Below are positions 20,500-30,810 of a DNA stretch of 64,000 nt, piece by piece. Position 1 is the stretch's first letter. The number at the start of each line of letters is the position of its first letter. The stretch lies in the NCBI GenBank assembly GCA_963815215.1, contig CAWFFU010000003.1, positions 576,001 through 640,000 of the forward strand, written 5' to 3'. The stretch is from an uncultured Trueperaceae bacterium (GTDB lineage Bacteria; Deinococcota; Deinococci; Deinococcales; Trueperaceae). Below the pieces are notes generated by a model. The model saw only the letters and a list, made by a program, of their open reading frames with translations. It searched no databases and was not told where the DNA came from. The translations under genes were made by a program, and so were the position numbers.

Positions 20500-22008
20500 C
20501 TAGGTTCCGGGTCTGGCGCCCCCATCACGATCGTTCACCGAACGGTCACGGGAGGGCGCCGGTGGCAGGTCGAAACGGAAGCGGCTGCCCTCCCCGAGCC
20601 GGCTGTCGACCGTCAGCGTTCCGCCGTGCAGCTCCGCGACCCGCGCCGCGATGGCCAGCCCGAGGCCGGTGCCGCCGTCGCCGCGCGAACCGCCGCCGAC
20701 CCGATAGAAGCGCTCGAACACGCGTTGCTGATGCTCCGATGCGATGCCCTCACCGGTGTCGCTCACCTCCACCACCACGCGGCCGCGCTCATCCGGACGC
20801 ATGCTCACCCTCACCGCGCCCCCGGCCGGTGTGTGCCGCAACGCGTTGTCGAGCAGGTTGAGCAACGTCCGTTCGATGAGGCCGAGGTCACCATGCACGA
20901 ACGGCAGGCTTCCCGGCGCCTCGACGCTCAACGTCACGCCCGCCGCCTCGGCGCGCGCGCGCTCCTTGATCACCGCGTCGGAGACGAGCTCCGCCAGCGG
21001 GAAGTCCTCGGCCTGCAGCGGCGACGAATCGCCGTCGAGCAGCGACAGCTCGAAGAGCTGGTCGATCAGCCGGCCCAACCGCTCCGATTGCGCCTGGGCG
21101 GTGGTCAGGAACTCGGCGCGCGCGTCGTCGTTCAGGCTGTCGCCCTTCAGCAGCAGCGTCTCGAGCGATCCCCGCAGCGCGGCCAGCGGTGTGCGAAGGT
21201 CGTGCGACACGTTGGTGACCAGCTCCCGGCGCACCCGGTCGGCGCGCCGCAGGGCGTCCACCTGCTGACCGATGCGCTCTGTGAGGGCCACGAAGTCGTT
21301 GCGCAGGGCGTCGATCTCGTCGCGAGGGCCTGCCACGGGCGTCAGCAGCGCTGCGCCCGCGTCCCCGCCGGCACTGCGAAAGGCGGTCATGGCGCGTTGC
21401 AGGCGCCGCAGCCTTCGCGTCAGCAGGAAGAACGACAGCGCGCCGCCGAGCAGCACCAGTGCCAGGATCGTGACGCTGCCGTAGAGAGCCACGCGCAGGG
21501 CGGTGCTGCCCTGGACCTCGCGCATGATGCCGGCCCGCAACTCGTCGGTGAGCACGACGTAGAGGTAGCCTCCGCCGCCGGCGAGCGGTGCGGCGGAGAA
21601 CACCGTCCGGTCACCCCGCCTGGGATCGGTGCCGAGTAGCGGGAAGTGCTGCCCGCCCCGCACGAACGCCTGCACCTGCGCTAATGCCACCACCTCCCGG
21701 CTCCGCTGATCGGCCGGGATACTCCCCGCCAGGACGCGCCCGGAAGGGTCGAGCACGTACACCTCGACGCCGGGGTTGGTCATCGCCAGGTTCTTCGCCA
21801 CCTCCGCCAGCTTCTGCCGGTCGACGTCGTGGCCGATCATCAGGTCGTGCTGCGACACCAGATTGGCCGCCACGCCCGCGTTCTGTCGCTGCGTCACCTC
21901 CTGGTAGTAGGCGCGGGCGCTACGGGTGGTGAGCACCAGCAGCGCCGCGCCGGCCGGTATCAGCGTCAGCGCCAGCACCAGCATCAGGCGGGCGTGGAGC
22001 GTTCTCAC
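20500..22008 (-). CDS. Sensor histidine kinase (two TMs, HAMP, HisKA, HATPase)
   Basis: NVSHDLRTPL H-box, NLLDNALRH, DTGEGI, FERFYR, GTGLGLAI. Confidence 0.95.
   Translation of the reverse strand: MRTLHARLMLVLALTLIPAGAALLVLTTRSARAYYQEVTQRQNAGVAANLVSQHDLMIGHDVDRQKLAEVAKNLAMTNPGVEVYVLDPSGRVLAGSIPADQRSREVVALAQVQAFVRGGQHFPLLGTDPRRGDRTVFSAAPLAGGGGYLYVVLTDELRAGIMREVQGSTALRVALYGSVTILALVLLGGALSFFLLTRRLRRLQRAMTAFRSAGGDAGAALLTPVAGPRDEIDALRNDFVALTERIGQQVDALRRADRVRRELVTNVSHDLRTPLAALRGSLETLLLKGDSLNDDARAEFLTTAQAQSERLGRLIDQLFELSLLDGDSSPLQAEDFPLAELVSDAVIKERARAEAAGVTLSVEAPGSLPFVHGDLGLIERTLLNLLDNALRHTPAGGAVRVSMRPDERGRVVVEVSDTGEGIASEHQQRVFERFYRVGGGSRGDGGTGLGLAIAARVAELHGGTLTVDSRLGEGSRFRFDLPPAPSRDRSVNDRDGGARPGT
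20525..20549 (-). promoter_or_regulatory. Candidate OmpR-family tandem operator
   Basis: TCAC at 20525, 20535 and 20546, i.e. about -35 to -60 of a TAGGCT -10 (20497-20502) upstream of the spondin gene. Confidence 0.5.
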
Positions 22009-22015
22009 GCGGCCG

Positions 22016-22720
22016 TCACGCTTCAGGCCCGACGAACTTGTAGCCCACGCCCCACACGGTGTGGATATAGCGCGGCTGGGCGGGATCGGGCTCGATCTTG
22101 CCCCGCAGGCGGTTGATGTGCGAGTTGACGGTGTGCTCGAAGCCGTCGAACCCGTGCCCCCACACCAGGTCGAGCAGCTGTGCGCGACTGTAGACGCGGC
22201 CCGGGTTGCGGGCGAACTGCGCCAGCAGGTCGAACTCGCGCGCAGTGAGGTGGACGGTCTCCCCCGCCAGCCGCACTTCGCGCGCGCGGGCGTCGATCTC
22301 GAGCTCGCCCACGCGGACGTTCTCCGGCGCGCGCTCCGCCTTCAGAGCGTCGCGCTTGCGGCGCAGCAGCGCCTTGATGCGGGCCTGCAACTCGCGTACG
22401 CCGAACGGCTTGCCCAGGTAATCGTCGGCCCCGAGCTCCAGCCCCACCACCCTATCGAGCTCCGAAGAACGCGCGGTGAGCATCAGGATCAGGACCTCGG
22501 GGCGCTTCGAGCGCAGCGACCGGCACACCTCCAGCCCGTCGAGATCGGGCAGCATCAGGTCCAGCACCACCAGCGCGAAACGGCCCGACAGGGCCAGCTC
22601 GAGCCCCTCCTCGCCCGAAGGCGTCCACACCACCTCGTGACCCAGATCGGTGGCGTGGAGCTCGACGACACGCGCGATATCGCGGTCGTCCTCGACGAGC
22701 AGCAGTCGTTCGCCAGCCAT
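22016..22720 (-). CDS. OmpR/PhoB family response regulator
   Basis: LLLVEDD, LDLMLP, LTAR, GADDYLGKPF, winged helix ending HTVWGVGYKF. Confidence 0.96.
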   Translation of the reverse strand: MAGERLLLVEDDRDIARVVELHATDLGHEVVWTPSGEEGLELALSGRFALVVLDLMLPDLDGLEVCRSLRSKRPEVLILMLTARSSELDRVVGLELGADDYLGKPFGVRELQARIKALLRRKRDALKAERAPENVRVGELEIDARAREVRLAGETVHLTAREFDLLAQFARNPGRVYSRAQLLDLVWGHGFDGFEHTVNSHINRLRGKIEPDPAQPRYIHTVWGVGYKFVGPEA

Positions 22721-22805
22721 GCTGCGTCCAGTGTGGCACGCGTCTGTCACGGTTGCATAACGGCCGTGACCGACCGCGGGCGGCGACCGAAGGTACACTC
22801 GCGGC

Positions 22806-23228
22806 ATGGACGGCCTGTTCAACCTTTTCGTGCTCGCCCCCCTGCTGCTGTGGGGAGCGATGCTGCTGTTCCCACGTCGGCGCTTCACCATCACTGCGGT
22901 GCAGTCGCCCTGGCCCTTCGTGGGTCTCGGCGCCCTGGCGCTGGCGCCCCTGGTCGGAGCCCTGCTCGCCAGCGGCGTCCCGAGCCTCACGCTCCACGAC
23001 GCCAAGGGCCTGCTGGGCACCGACTGGGGGGCGCTTCTGGCGGTCGCCGATCTCGCCACCTTGTCGCTCTTCGCCGGCGTGTGGATCTTCCGGGACGCCC
23101 GCTACTGGTCGCTCGCGGCAGCACCGTTCGTGGTGGCCACCTGGCTACTCGGTCCGGTGGGCCTCGCCGCCTACCTGCTGGTGCGCTGGCGCAAGAACCG
23201 CCAGGCGCCCACGCGCGTCGTCAACTGA
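22806..23228 (+). CDS. Membrane protein, ABA4-like/DUF4281 family
   Basis: Four hydrophobic segments, W..MLL.P, LF.G.WI..DA, GPVGL..YL; TACACT-N6-ATG. Confidence 0.65.
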   Translation: MDGLFNLFVLAPLLLWGAMLLFPRRRFTITAVQSPWPFVGLGALALAPLVGALLASGVPSLTLHDAKGLLGTDWGALLAVADLATLSLFAGVWIFRDARYWSLAAAPFVVATWLLGPVGLAAYLLVRWRKNRQAPTRVVN

Positions 23229-23240
23229 GCGCAGCGGACC

Positions 23241-24401
23241 TCACAGCATGCCGGTGAGCGTCTGGTCGGCGGCCGCCGGCAGTGCGGTGGCGCCCTCGAA
23301 GGCGTTCACTTCCTCGATGAAGCGCTGGAACAGGTAGTTGGCGTCGTGCGGCCCGGGGCTCGCCTCGGGATGGTATTGGACGCTGAACACCGGATAGCGC
23401 TGGTGCGCCATCCCCTCCAGCGTGCCGTCGTTGAGGTTGATGTGGGTGGCGACGAACTGGCGCCCCGGGATGGAGTCGATGTCGACAGCGTAGTTGTGGT
23501 TCTGGCTGGTGATCTCGACCGCGCCGGTGACGACGTTCTTGACCGGCGTGTTGGCTCCGTGATGACCGTAACGCAATTTGAAGGTGCGCCCGCCCACGGC
23601 CAGCCCCAGGAGTTGATGCCCAAGGCAGATGCCGTAGGTCGGCAGCAGCCCGAGGAGCTGCCACACGGTGTCGTGCGCGTACTTCGGGCCGCCGGGGTCG
23701 CCGGGTCCGTTGGAAAGCACCAGCCCGTAGGGATCGAGCGCCATGATCTGGGCCGGGGTCGTCTGCGCCGGCACCACGATCACCTCGGCCCCCGCCTGCT
23801 CGAGCTTGTACACGATGGAGTGCTTGATGCCGAAGTCCATCACCACCACCCGGGGGTGATCGTTGAACGATGGCCGGGCGTAGGGCAGCGGCGTGGTGAC
23901 CTCGGGCGTCATGTCGCGCCCATCGATGTCGGGGTGCAGGCGTGCTATCGAGATCAGCTCGGCTTCGATCGCCTCGTCGACCGCGCCGTGGTGGATGACC
24001 CCCTTCACCACCCCTCCCGTGCGCAGCCGACGCGTCAGGGCACGGGTATCGATCCCCTCGATGCCCACGATGCGGTGCTGCTCCATGAAGCTCTGCAGGT
24101 CCTGATTGGCTCGGTGGTTGGAGGCGGTGCGACTGAACTCGCGCACGATGAACCCCTGCGCGTACGGGCGGTTCGACTCCATGTCGTAGACGCTGACGCC
24201 GTAGTTGCCGATGTGCGGATACGTCATGGTGACGATCTGCCCCTTGTAGCTCGGGTCGGTCAGGATCTCCTGATACCCCGTCATCGAGGTGTTGAAGACC
24301 ACCTCGCCGACCGAGCGACCGGGGAAGCCGAAGGCGTAGCCGTAGTAGACAGTTCCGTCTTCCAGGGCCAGGACGGCGGGGGGCTTGGTGAACAGCGGCA
24401 T
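23241..24401 (-). CDS. carA: Carbamoyl-phosphate synthase small subunit
   Basis: [53 protein letters not shown]. Confidence 0.97.
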   Translation of the reverse strand: MPLFTKPPAVLALEDGTVYYGYAFGFPGRSVGEVVFNTSMTGYQEILTDPSYKGQIVTMTYPHIGNYGVSVYDMESNRPYAQGFIVREFSRTASNHRANQDLQSFMEQHRIVGIEGIDTRALTRRLRTGGVVKGVIHHGAVDEAIEAELISIARLHPDIDGRDMTPEVTTPLPYARPSFNDHPRVVVMDFGIKHSIVYKLEQAGAEVIVVPAQTTPAQIMALDPYGLVLSNGPGDPGGPKYAHDTVWQLLGLLPTYGICLGHQLLGLAVGGRTFKLRYGHHGANTPVKNVVTGAVEITSQNHNYAVDIDSIPGRQFVATHINLNDGTLEGMAHQRYPVFSVQYHPEASPGPHDANYLFQRFIEEVNAFEGATALPAAADQTLTGML

Positions 24402-24519
24402 CGCTCCTCCGGGCGCAGGATAGCACCCGCGACCGCGACCCGCCCAACCCGCGGCCTACCCTCCCATACGGGCGTTCGCGAACGCGGCTGCTACGCTGTT
24501 CACAGAGAGTAGGGGGACC

Positions 24520-26757
24520 ATGCCCGAAGACGCAACCAGCAACCTCGGAGACGGCCTCGTCATCCAGATGTTCAGCGTTCACGGCTTGATCCGTGGCCAC
24601 GACCTGGAGCTGGGTCACGATTCCGACACGGGCGGCCAGACGAAGTACGTGGTGGAGCTCGCGCGTGCGCTGGGCCGCCACGAGGGCGTGAGACAGGTCG
24701 ACCTGTTCACCCGACTCATCGACGATCCGCGCGTGTCGGAAGACTACGGTCGCGAGGTCGAGGAGCTGAGCGAGAACGCCCGCCTGGTGCGGGTCAAGGC
24801 CGGCGGGTCCCGCTACCGCCGCAAGGAGCTGCTGTGGCCGTTGCTCGATGAGTTCGTCGAGGGCGTGCTGCGGTTCAACCGCCGGAACGGCATCCGACCG
24901 GACATCGTGCACGGGCACTACGCCGACGCGGGCTACGTAGCGTTGCAGCTCGCCAGCGTGCTGGGGGTGCCGCTGGTGTTCACCGGACACTCGCTGGGGC
25001 GCAACAAACTGCGCGCCCTCCAGGCCTCCGGCGTGGACGTCGAGGAGATCGACCGGCAGTACCAGATCCGGCACCGCATCGATGTCGAGGAGGAGGTGCT
25101 GGCCAAGGCGGATCTGGTCGTCGCCAGCACCCGCCACGAGGTGGACCACGGGTACGAGCTCTACGACGCCAGCAGCGAGGCGAACTACCGTGTGATCCCG
25201 CCGGGCATCGAGGTCGAGACCTTCTACCCCTTCTACTACGATCTCGACGAAGGTTTCGATCCCGGGGAGGACGTGGTGCGCGCCCGGGTCCGCATGCGGC
25301 AGGAGATCGCGCGCTTCCTCTACGACGCCAACAAGCCGCTCATCCTGGCCATCAGCCGGCCCGACCGGCGCAAGAACATCGACGGCCTGCTCACCGCCTA
25401 CGGGGAGGACAAGGAGCTACAGCAGATCGCCAACCTGGCGGTGTTCGCCGGCGTGCGCCGGGACATCGAGCAGATGGACGACAACGAGCAGGAGGTCCTC
25501 ACCCGGATGCTGCTGCTGATGGACCGCTACGACCTCTACGGACGCCTGGCGCTACCCAAGAAGCACGACCCCGACACCGACATCCCGGTGCTCTACCGCA
25601 TCGCCGCAGCGAGGCGGGGCGTGTTCATCAACCCCGCCCTGGTCGAGAACTTCGGCATCACGCTGATCGAGGCGAGCTCGTCGGGGCTGCCGGTGGTCTC
25701 CACCGACCACGGCGGTCCTCAGGACATCATCGCCAACTGCGGGAGCGGCATCCTGGTCGATGCACGCGACGCCGGAGCCATCCAGGATGCGTTGAAGCGC
25801 GTGCTCGTCGACCACGAGGAGTGGGACCGGTTCTCGGAGAATGGGATCGCGGGGGTGCGCGAGCACTACGCATGGGGGGCCCACGCCGACACCTATGTGC
25901 GAGAAGTGACGGCGCTGCACGACGGGCTCGACGAGCTCAGGCGCGCGTCCTGGCGGACCGGTGCGGGCGAGCACCTGCGCGCCGGTCGGCGCCTGCTGGT
26001 CAGCGACATCGACCATACCCTCATCGACGAGGACCGGGGTGACGACGTCGAGGGACTCGAGCATCTGCAGCGCGCGCTCGCGAGCACCGACATGGCGTTC
26101 GCGGTGGCGTCGGGCCGCAACCTCGAGCAGGTCCGCGAGGCGCTCGAGACCCACGCCATCCCGACCCCCGACGTCCTCATCTGCGCGGTCGGGAGCGAGA
26201 TCTACTATGGCGCCGAAGCGGTGCCCGACCGCGGCTACGCCCACTACCTGTCGCACGGCTGGAAGCCGGAGGCGGTCCGGCGGACGCTCGACGCGCTGCC
26301 GTTCGTGGAACGGCAGCCGGAGCACGCCCAACGCGCCTTCAAGGTGAGCTACTTCCTCTCAGCAGAGGGCGACGAGGGCGAGCGACGTGTCGAGCAGGTG
26401 CGCGACGCCCTGGTGGAGGCGGGCGTACAGGCGACCGTGATCCACTCCAGCGGCGCCTACCTCGACGTGCTGCCCTCGCGTGCGTCCAAGGGGAAGGCCA
26501 TCCGTTACCTGGCGCGCAAGTGGGGCGTGGCGAACCGCGACATCGCGGTGGCCGGCGACTCGGGCAACGACACCGAGATGCTGACCGGCCGCCATCTTGC
26601 CATCGTGGTCGGCAACCACGCGCCGGAGATGGCATCGCTCGAGGGTCGGCGCGGGATCTACTTCGCTGAGCGTGAGCTCGCGGCCGGCGTGCTGGAGGGC
26701 CTCGAGCACCACGGATTCGTCACGCCGGTCGCGCCGGGCGCGAGGCAGCACCCATGA
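24520..26757 (+). CDS. Sucrose-phosphate synthase (GT4) fused to a HAD-IIB sucrose-phosphate phosphatase
   Basis: SVHGLIRG..LELG.DSDTGGQTKYV, HGHYADAG, TGHSLG, SRPDRRKN, NPALVENFG; HAD motifs SDIDHTL, ASGR, SKG, GDSGND. Confidence 0.88.
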   Translation: MPEDATSNLGDGLVIQMFSVHGLIRGHDLELGHDSDTGGQTKYVVELARALGRHEGVRQVDLFTRLIDDPRVSEDYGREVEELSENARLVRVKAGGSRYRRKELLWPLLDEFVEGVLRFNRRNGIRPDIVHGHYADAGYVALQLASVLGVPLVFTGHSLGRNKLRALQASGVDVEEIDRQYQIRHRIDVEEEVLAKADLVVASTRHEVDHGYELYDASSEANYRVIPPGIEVETFYPFYYDLDEGFDPGEDVVRARVRMRQEIARFLYDANKPLILAISRPDRRKNIDGLLTAYGEDKELQQIANLAVFAGVRRDIEQMDDNEQEVLTRMLLLMDRYDLYGRLALPKKHDPDTDIPVLYRIAAARRGVFINPALVENFGITLIEASSSGLPVVSTDHGGPQDIIANCGSGILVDARDAGAIQDALKRVLVDHEEWDRFSENGIAGVREHYAWGAHADTYVREVTALHDGLDELRRASWRTGAGEHLRAGRRLLVSDIDHTLIDEDRGDDVEGLEHLQRALASTDMAFAVASGRNLEQVREALETHAIPTPDVLICAVGSEIYYGAEAVPDRGYAHYLSHGWKPEAVRRTLDALPFVERQPEHAQRAFKVSYFLSAEGDEGERRVEQVRDALVEAGVQATVIHSSGAYLDVLPSRASKGKAIRYLARKWGVANRDIAVAGDSGNDTEMLTGRHLAIVVGNHAPEMASLEGRRGIYFAERELAAGVLEGLEHHGFVTPVAPGARQHP

Positions 26758-26780
26758 GCCACCGCGAGAGGGGCTGAGCC

Positions 26781-28286
26781 GTGTACGCCGGCTTCGGCTT
26801 CCGTATCAGCGAGATCGGTGACGTGGAGGTGGTCCGCTCCGACGGGCTGTACCACCTGTTCCACCTGGTGCTCCCCAACCACGACTACATCGCGCACGCG
26901 ATCTCACACGACGGGCTGTCCTGGGAACGGGTGGACAACGCCCTGTTCATCAGCGACCCCGGCGCCTGGGACGACGACATGTTGTGGACGATGAGCGTCT
27001 CCCCCGACCCGCATCGTGACGGCGGCTGGCGCATGTTCTACACCGGCCTCAGCATGGCCGATCGCGGCCGGGTGCAGCGTATCGGCCTGGCACGCTCCGA
27101 CGACCTCTTCACCTGGGAGAAGGATGCGACCGGAGCCTTCCCGCTGGAGCTCGGAGCCGCACCCTACGAACACAGCCTCGAGCAGGGACGGCACTGGGTC
27201 AGCTTCAGGGACCCCTACTACGCGCGCATCGACGGCACCGGCTACCTGCTGGCGGCTGCCCGGGTGGACCACGGCCCGGTCATCCGGCGCGGGGCGGTGG
27301 CGCTGTTCGAGGAGGCCGCGCCGGACCGCTTCGAACCGCGGCAACCGCTGTTCCATCCCAGCCGCTACGACGACATCGAGGTGCCCGTGCCGGTTCAACT
27401 CGACGGCCGCTGCTACCTGCTCGGCTCGATCCGGGAGGACGTCAAGGTCCACTACTGGTATGCCGACGCCTTCGAGGGGCCCTACCTCAACTTCTCGGAC
27501 AACGTGCTGCTCCCCCAGGGCAACTACGCCGCGCGCTTGTGCCGAGACGACGGCCGTTGGCTCGTGTGGAACTTCTTCTTCAAGGGGCACGTGGCCGACG
27601 GTCAGCATCTGCTCCCACCGCCCAAGGAGCTGCGCGCCGCGCCCAACGGAGAGCTCTATCTGGCGAGCTTCTCGGGCTTCGACGCGCGCGTGCGCGCCAC
27701 GCTGCCGGCGGCCGAGCTGATACCGCTGGAACCGCTGTTCGGCCGCGCATCGGCCACCAGCGAGGCGGCGTCCGGCGTGGCGCGCTTCGGCTGCGACAGC
27801 GGCTTCGAGACTTTCCTGGTGCCGGGCGTGCACCGCGACTTCCGGTTGCGCGGCGAGCTGCACATGGACGGCAGCGGCAAGATCGGCCTGGCGCTGCGTC
27901 TGAGCGACGACGGGGACGGCTACTATCTCAGTCTCGACCTGCACAAGGGGATCGCCCAGCTCCGTGCCTGGGCGGCGCATCCGGGGGGCGACGTCGAGGA
28001 GGCCTTCGACTACATCCCGCTGCAGTCGAACTACTACATCGCGCACGGCGACCCGCACCCGTTCGTCCTTCTCGCCTACGGCTCCTACCTGGAGTTCTCG
28101 CTCGACGGCGCGGTGCTCCTGACGCTGGCGGACGAGCGCTTCGGCGAGGGGCGGGTCGGCTTCTACACCGAGAGCGCCCGCCTGCGCCTGCACGACCTCA
28201 CGCTGGAGACCCTCGAGCGCCCGGATGACGAGGCCTACACCAGCCATCTGCCCGACGGCGGCGGGGCCCCCGGCGCCGACGGCTGA
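26781..28286 (+). CDS. GH32-like (clan GH-J) five-bladed glycoside hydrolase with C-terminal beta-sandwich
   Basis: YHLFHL, S.DG..W Asp-box, WDD.MLWT, MFYTG, FRDP, EVP. No signal peptide. Confidence 0.72.
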   Translation: MYAGFGFRISEIGDVEVVRSDGLYHLFHLVLPNHDYIAHAISHDGLSWERVDNALFISDPGAWDDDMLWTMSVSPDPHRDGGWRMFYTGLSMADRGRVQRIGLARSDDLFTWEKDATGAFPLELGAAPYEHSLEQGRHWVSFRDPYYARIDGTGYLLAAARVDHGPVIRRGAVALFEEAAPDRFEPRQPLFHPSRYDDIEVPVPVQLDGRCYLLGSIREDVKVHYWYADAFEGPYLNFSDNVLLPQGNYAARLCRDDGRWLVWNFFFKGHVADGQHLLPPPKELRAAPNGELYLASFSGFDARVRATLPAAELIPLEPLFGRASATSEAASGVARFGCDSGFETFLVPGVHRDFRLRGELHMDGSGKIGLALRLSDDGDGYYLSLDLHKGIAQLRAWAAHPGGDVEEAFDYIPLQSNYYIAHGDPHPFVLLAYGSYLEFSLDGAVLLTLADERFGEGRVGFYTESARLRLHDLTLETLERPDDEAYTSHLPDGGGAPGADG

Positions 28287-28304
28287 GGGCACAGCACCGA
28301 CACC

Positions 28305-29290
28305 TCAGAGCGCCCCGAACGACCGCCTTCGTGCCACCGTATGGGGCGGCACGACCGCTCCGGGCTCCACCGTGCAATCGTCCAGCACGGCGTAGGCGCC
28401 CACGCGGGCGCCATCGCCAACGCGGGTGGAGCCTCGCAGCAGCACGCCGGGCTCGAGCACCACATCCGGCGCCAGCACCACCGTCTCGTCGAGGACCGTC
28501 GACTCAGGCGCCTGCATCGTCACGCCCGCCTCCAGCCAACGCTCGCGCGTGCGGCGCCGAAGCAGGGCCTCGGCCCGCGCCAGTTCGGCGCGCGTGTTGA
28601 CCCCGATCAGCTCGCGCATGGCGTCGTGACCGCGGTGCGCATGCAGCCCGCGTCCGCTGCGGCGGTAGAGCTCGATCATGTCGGTCAGGTAGTACTCGCC
28701 GGCGGCGTTGTCCGCGCTCAGGCCGCCCGCCACCTCGAACGCCGCGTCGTCGAACACGATGGCGCCGGGGTACACCTCGTGGATCGCCCGCTCCTCCACG
28801 GTGGCGTCCCTCTCCTCCACCACCCTCAGCACGCTGCCGTCCGGCGCACGCACCACGCGCCCCAACCCGAAAGGGTCGCTGACCTCATAGGTGAGCATCA
28901 CGGCCCCCGCCTGCCTGCGCTGCTCCTCCACCAGCCCTCGAGCGTGGACGCCTGCACCATGGGCTGGTCGCCGTAGAGCACCAGCAGCGCGCCCCGCACA
29001 CCCGCCAATGCCTCCCGTGCGCATAACAGGGCGTGGCCGGTGCCGCGCTGCTCGGCCTGCTCCACGAAGCTGACGTCGGCGTCGGCGAAGCGCTCCCGTA
29101 CCGCCCTTGCACCGTGCCCGACCACGACCACCAGCCGCTCAGGGCGGAGCGCGGCGGCCGCGGCCAGCACGTGCCCGAGCAGCGGCTTCCCCGCCGCCTC
29201 GTGCAGCACCTTGGGCAGCGAGGAGCGCATGCGCGTGCCCTGCCCGGCGGCGAGCACCACCACACTCAGCACCGGTTCCGCCACCTTCAA
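28305..29290 (-). pseudogene. glmU: GlmU-like UDP-GlcNAc pyrophosphorylase; frameshifted near 28935 and C-terminally short
   Basis: [25 protein letters not shown] and LYGD in one frame; FGLGRVVR, EYYLTD, GVNTR and a few LbH turns in another. Confidence 0.75.
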
Positions 29291-30192
29291 CGCCCCGCGG
29301 TGGCGGCCGATCGGCCGCGGCGCTCCCGGTCGCGGATCCTGAGCAGCATCACGACCGCCACGGCCACGATGAGCACACTCACCAACTGGGTGAGGGTGAA
29401 GAAACCGATCCCCGTCTGTACGTTGTCGTAGACCTTCAAGTACAGCGGGTTGTCGCGGAACGGCTCCTCGAGCAGACTCCGCAGCACCGAGTACCACAGC
29501 GCGAACTGCCAGAACGCGAAGCCCGGCGCGCGGCTGCGCCGGAGCGCCCACAGCACGATGAACAGCAGGATGAACCCGACCAGGAAGCCGTAGAACTGGG
29601 CGAAGTGGATATGGCAGGGCTGACCGGCCGGCACCGCCCGGCAGGCCGGGGGCGCGTACTGCCACAGGTCCTTGCCGAACAGGAAGCGGCCGAAGGCTCC
29701 CAGGAACGGGGTGCCGGGCTTGGGCCAATCGATGCCGATGGCGAGGTTCGTCAAGCGGCCGCCGGTGTCGGTGCCGTTCATGATGTTGCCGATCCGACCG
29801 CCCATGATCCCCAGCGCACCGAGCGGCGTGAGCACGTCCATGTACGACCACATGTTGATGCGCTGCACGCGGGCGAAGACGGCCATCGCCACCAGCACTC
29901 CGAGGATGCCGCCGTGGATGCTGATGCCCCCCTGCCACACCTTGAACGCGTCGAGCGGGTGCCCCCCGGGACCGAAGAACGCAGCCGGGCTGGTCACGAC
30001 GTACACCAGGCGCGCCCCGATGATGCCGGCGAGGACCAGCCATACCGCGGAGTCGAGCAGCTTGTCGGGGTCGAGGCCGCGTCGCTCGGCCAGCCTCAGG
30101 GCCCACAGCGCTCCGATCAGCACGGCCAGCGCGATGAGGAAGCCGTACCAGCGGATCGCCAACGGCCCGATGTGAACGAGAATCGGATCCAT
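29287..30192 (-). CDS. lgt: Prolipoprotein diacylglyceryl transferase
   Basis: [35 protein letters not shown]. Confidence 0.95.
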   Translation of the reverse strand: MDPILVHIGPLAIRWYGFLIALAVLIGALWALRLAERRGLDPDKLLDSAVWLVLAGIIGARLVYVVTSPAAFFGPGGHPLDAFKVWQGGISIHGGILGVLVAMAVFARVQRINMWSYMDVLTPLGALGIMGGRIGNIMNGTDTGGRLTNLAIGIDWPKPGTPFLGAFGRFLFGKDLWQYAPPACRAVPAGQPCHIHFAQFYGFLVGFILLFIVLWALRRSRAPGFAFWQFALWYSVLRSLLEEPFRDNPLYLKVYDNVQTGIGFFTLTQLVSVLIVAVAVVMLLRIRDRERRGRSAATAGR

Positions 30193-30284
30193 GCAGTCGT
30201 CCTCCCAGGAGCGCCGAACGCGCCCGCCTACGCTTCAGGACGCGAGCTTACCAGCCCGCGCCGGCGCCCCCCGCGGGGCACGCC

Positions 30285-30767
30285 TCACAGCACTCGCGGA
30301 ATCCCCACCACGGCCATCGCGATCACGATCAAGATCTTCGCGACCGTTCCCCCGAGCGCACCCACGAAGGCGCCGACACCGGCCCGCAGCGCTTCGTCGA
30401 ACGGGCGCCCGCCGATCAGCTCGAAGAGCACGGCTCCGACCAGGGCGCCCAGCAGGAAACCGAACGGTGGGAAGAAGATGAGCCCCACCAACGAGCCCAG
30501 CACCCCGCCCCACAGTCCGGCGCGGCGGGCGCCGTAGACACGGGCGCCCACCCAGTTGCCGGCCAGATCGATGAGCTGCGCCAGCACCGCAAGCCCGATG
30601 ATGAAGGCGAGCGGCGCCACACCGAAGTGCTCGAATCCCACCATCCACGCCGCGAGTACGGCTCCGGCCGCGGCGATCGGCACCCCCGGCAGGACCGGAG
30701 CTACCACACCCACCAGCCCGACCGCCAGCCCGATCACCAGAACCGCCATCGCCAGGATCGTCACCAC
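30285..30767 (-). CDS. DUF456 family membrane protein
   Basis: [27 protein letters not shown] pattern. Confidence 0.8.
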   Translation of the reverse strand: MVTILAMAVLVIGLAVGLVGVVAPVLPGVPIAAAGAVLAAWMVGFEHFGVAPLAFIIGLAVLAQLIDLAGNWVGARVYGARRAGLWGGVLGSLVGLIFFPPFGFLLGALVGAVLFELIGGRPFDEALRAGVGAFVGALGGTVAKILIVIAMAVVGIPRVL

Positions 30768-30810
30768 GCCATGCTACACGGCGTTCGGCCAGTGGGGCGG
30801 CAGTTGCCGC

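Noticed and set aside
26754..26783. ATG...TGA in frame just before the GH32-like GTG (possible selenocysteine or read-through)
   Set aside because: Only 7 codons, no redox motif or SECIS-like context, and the GTG has its own [10 protein letters not shown].
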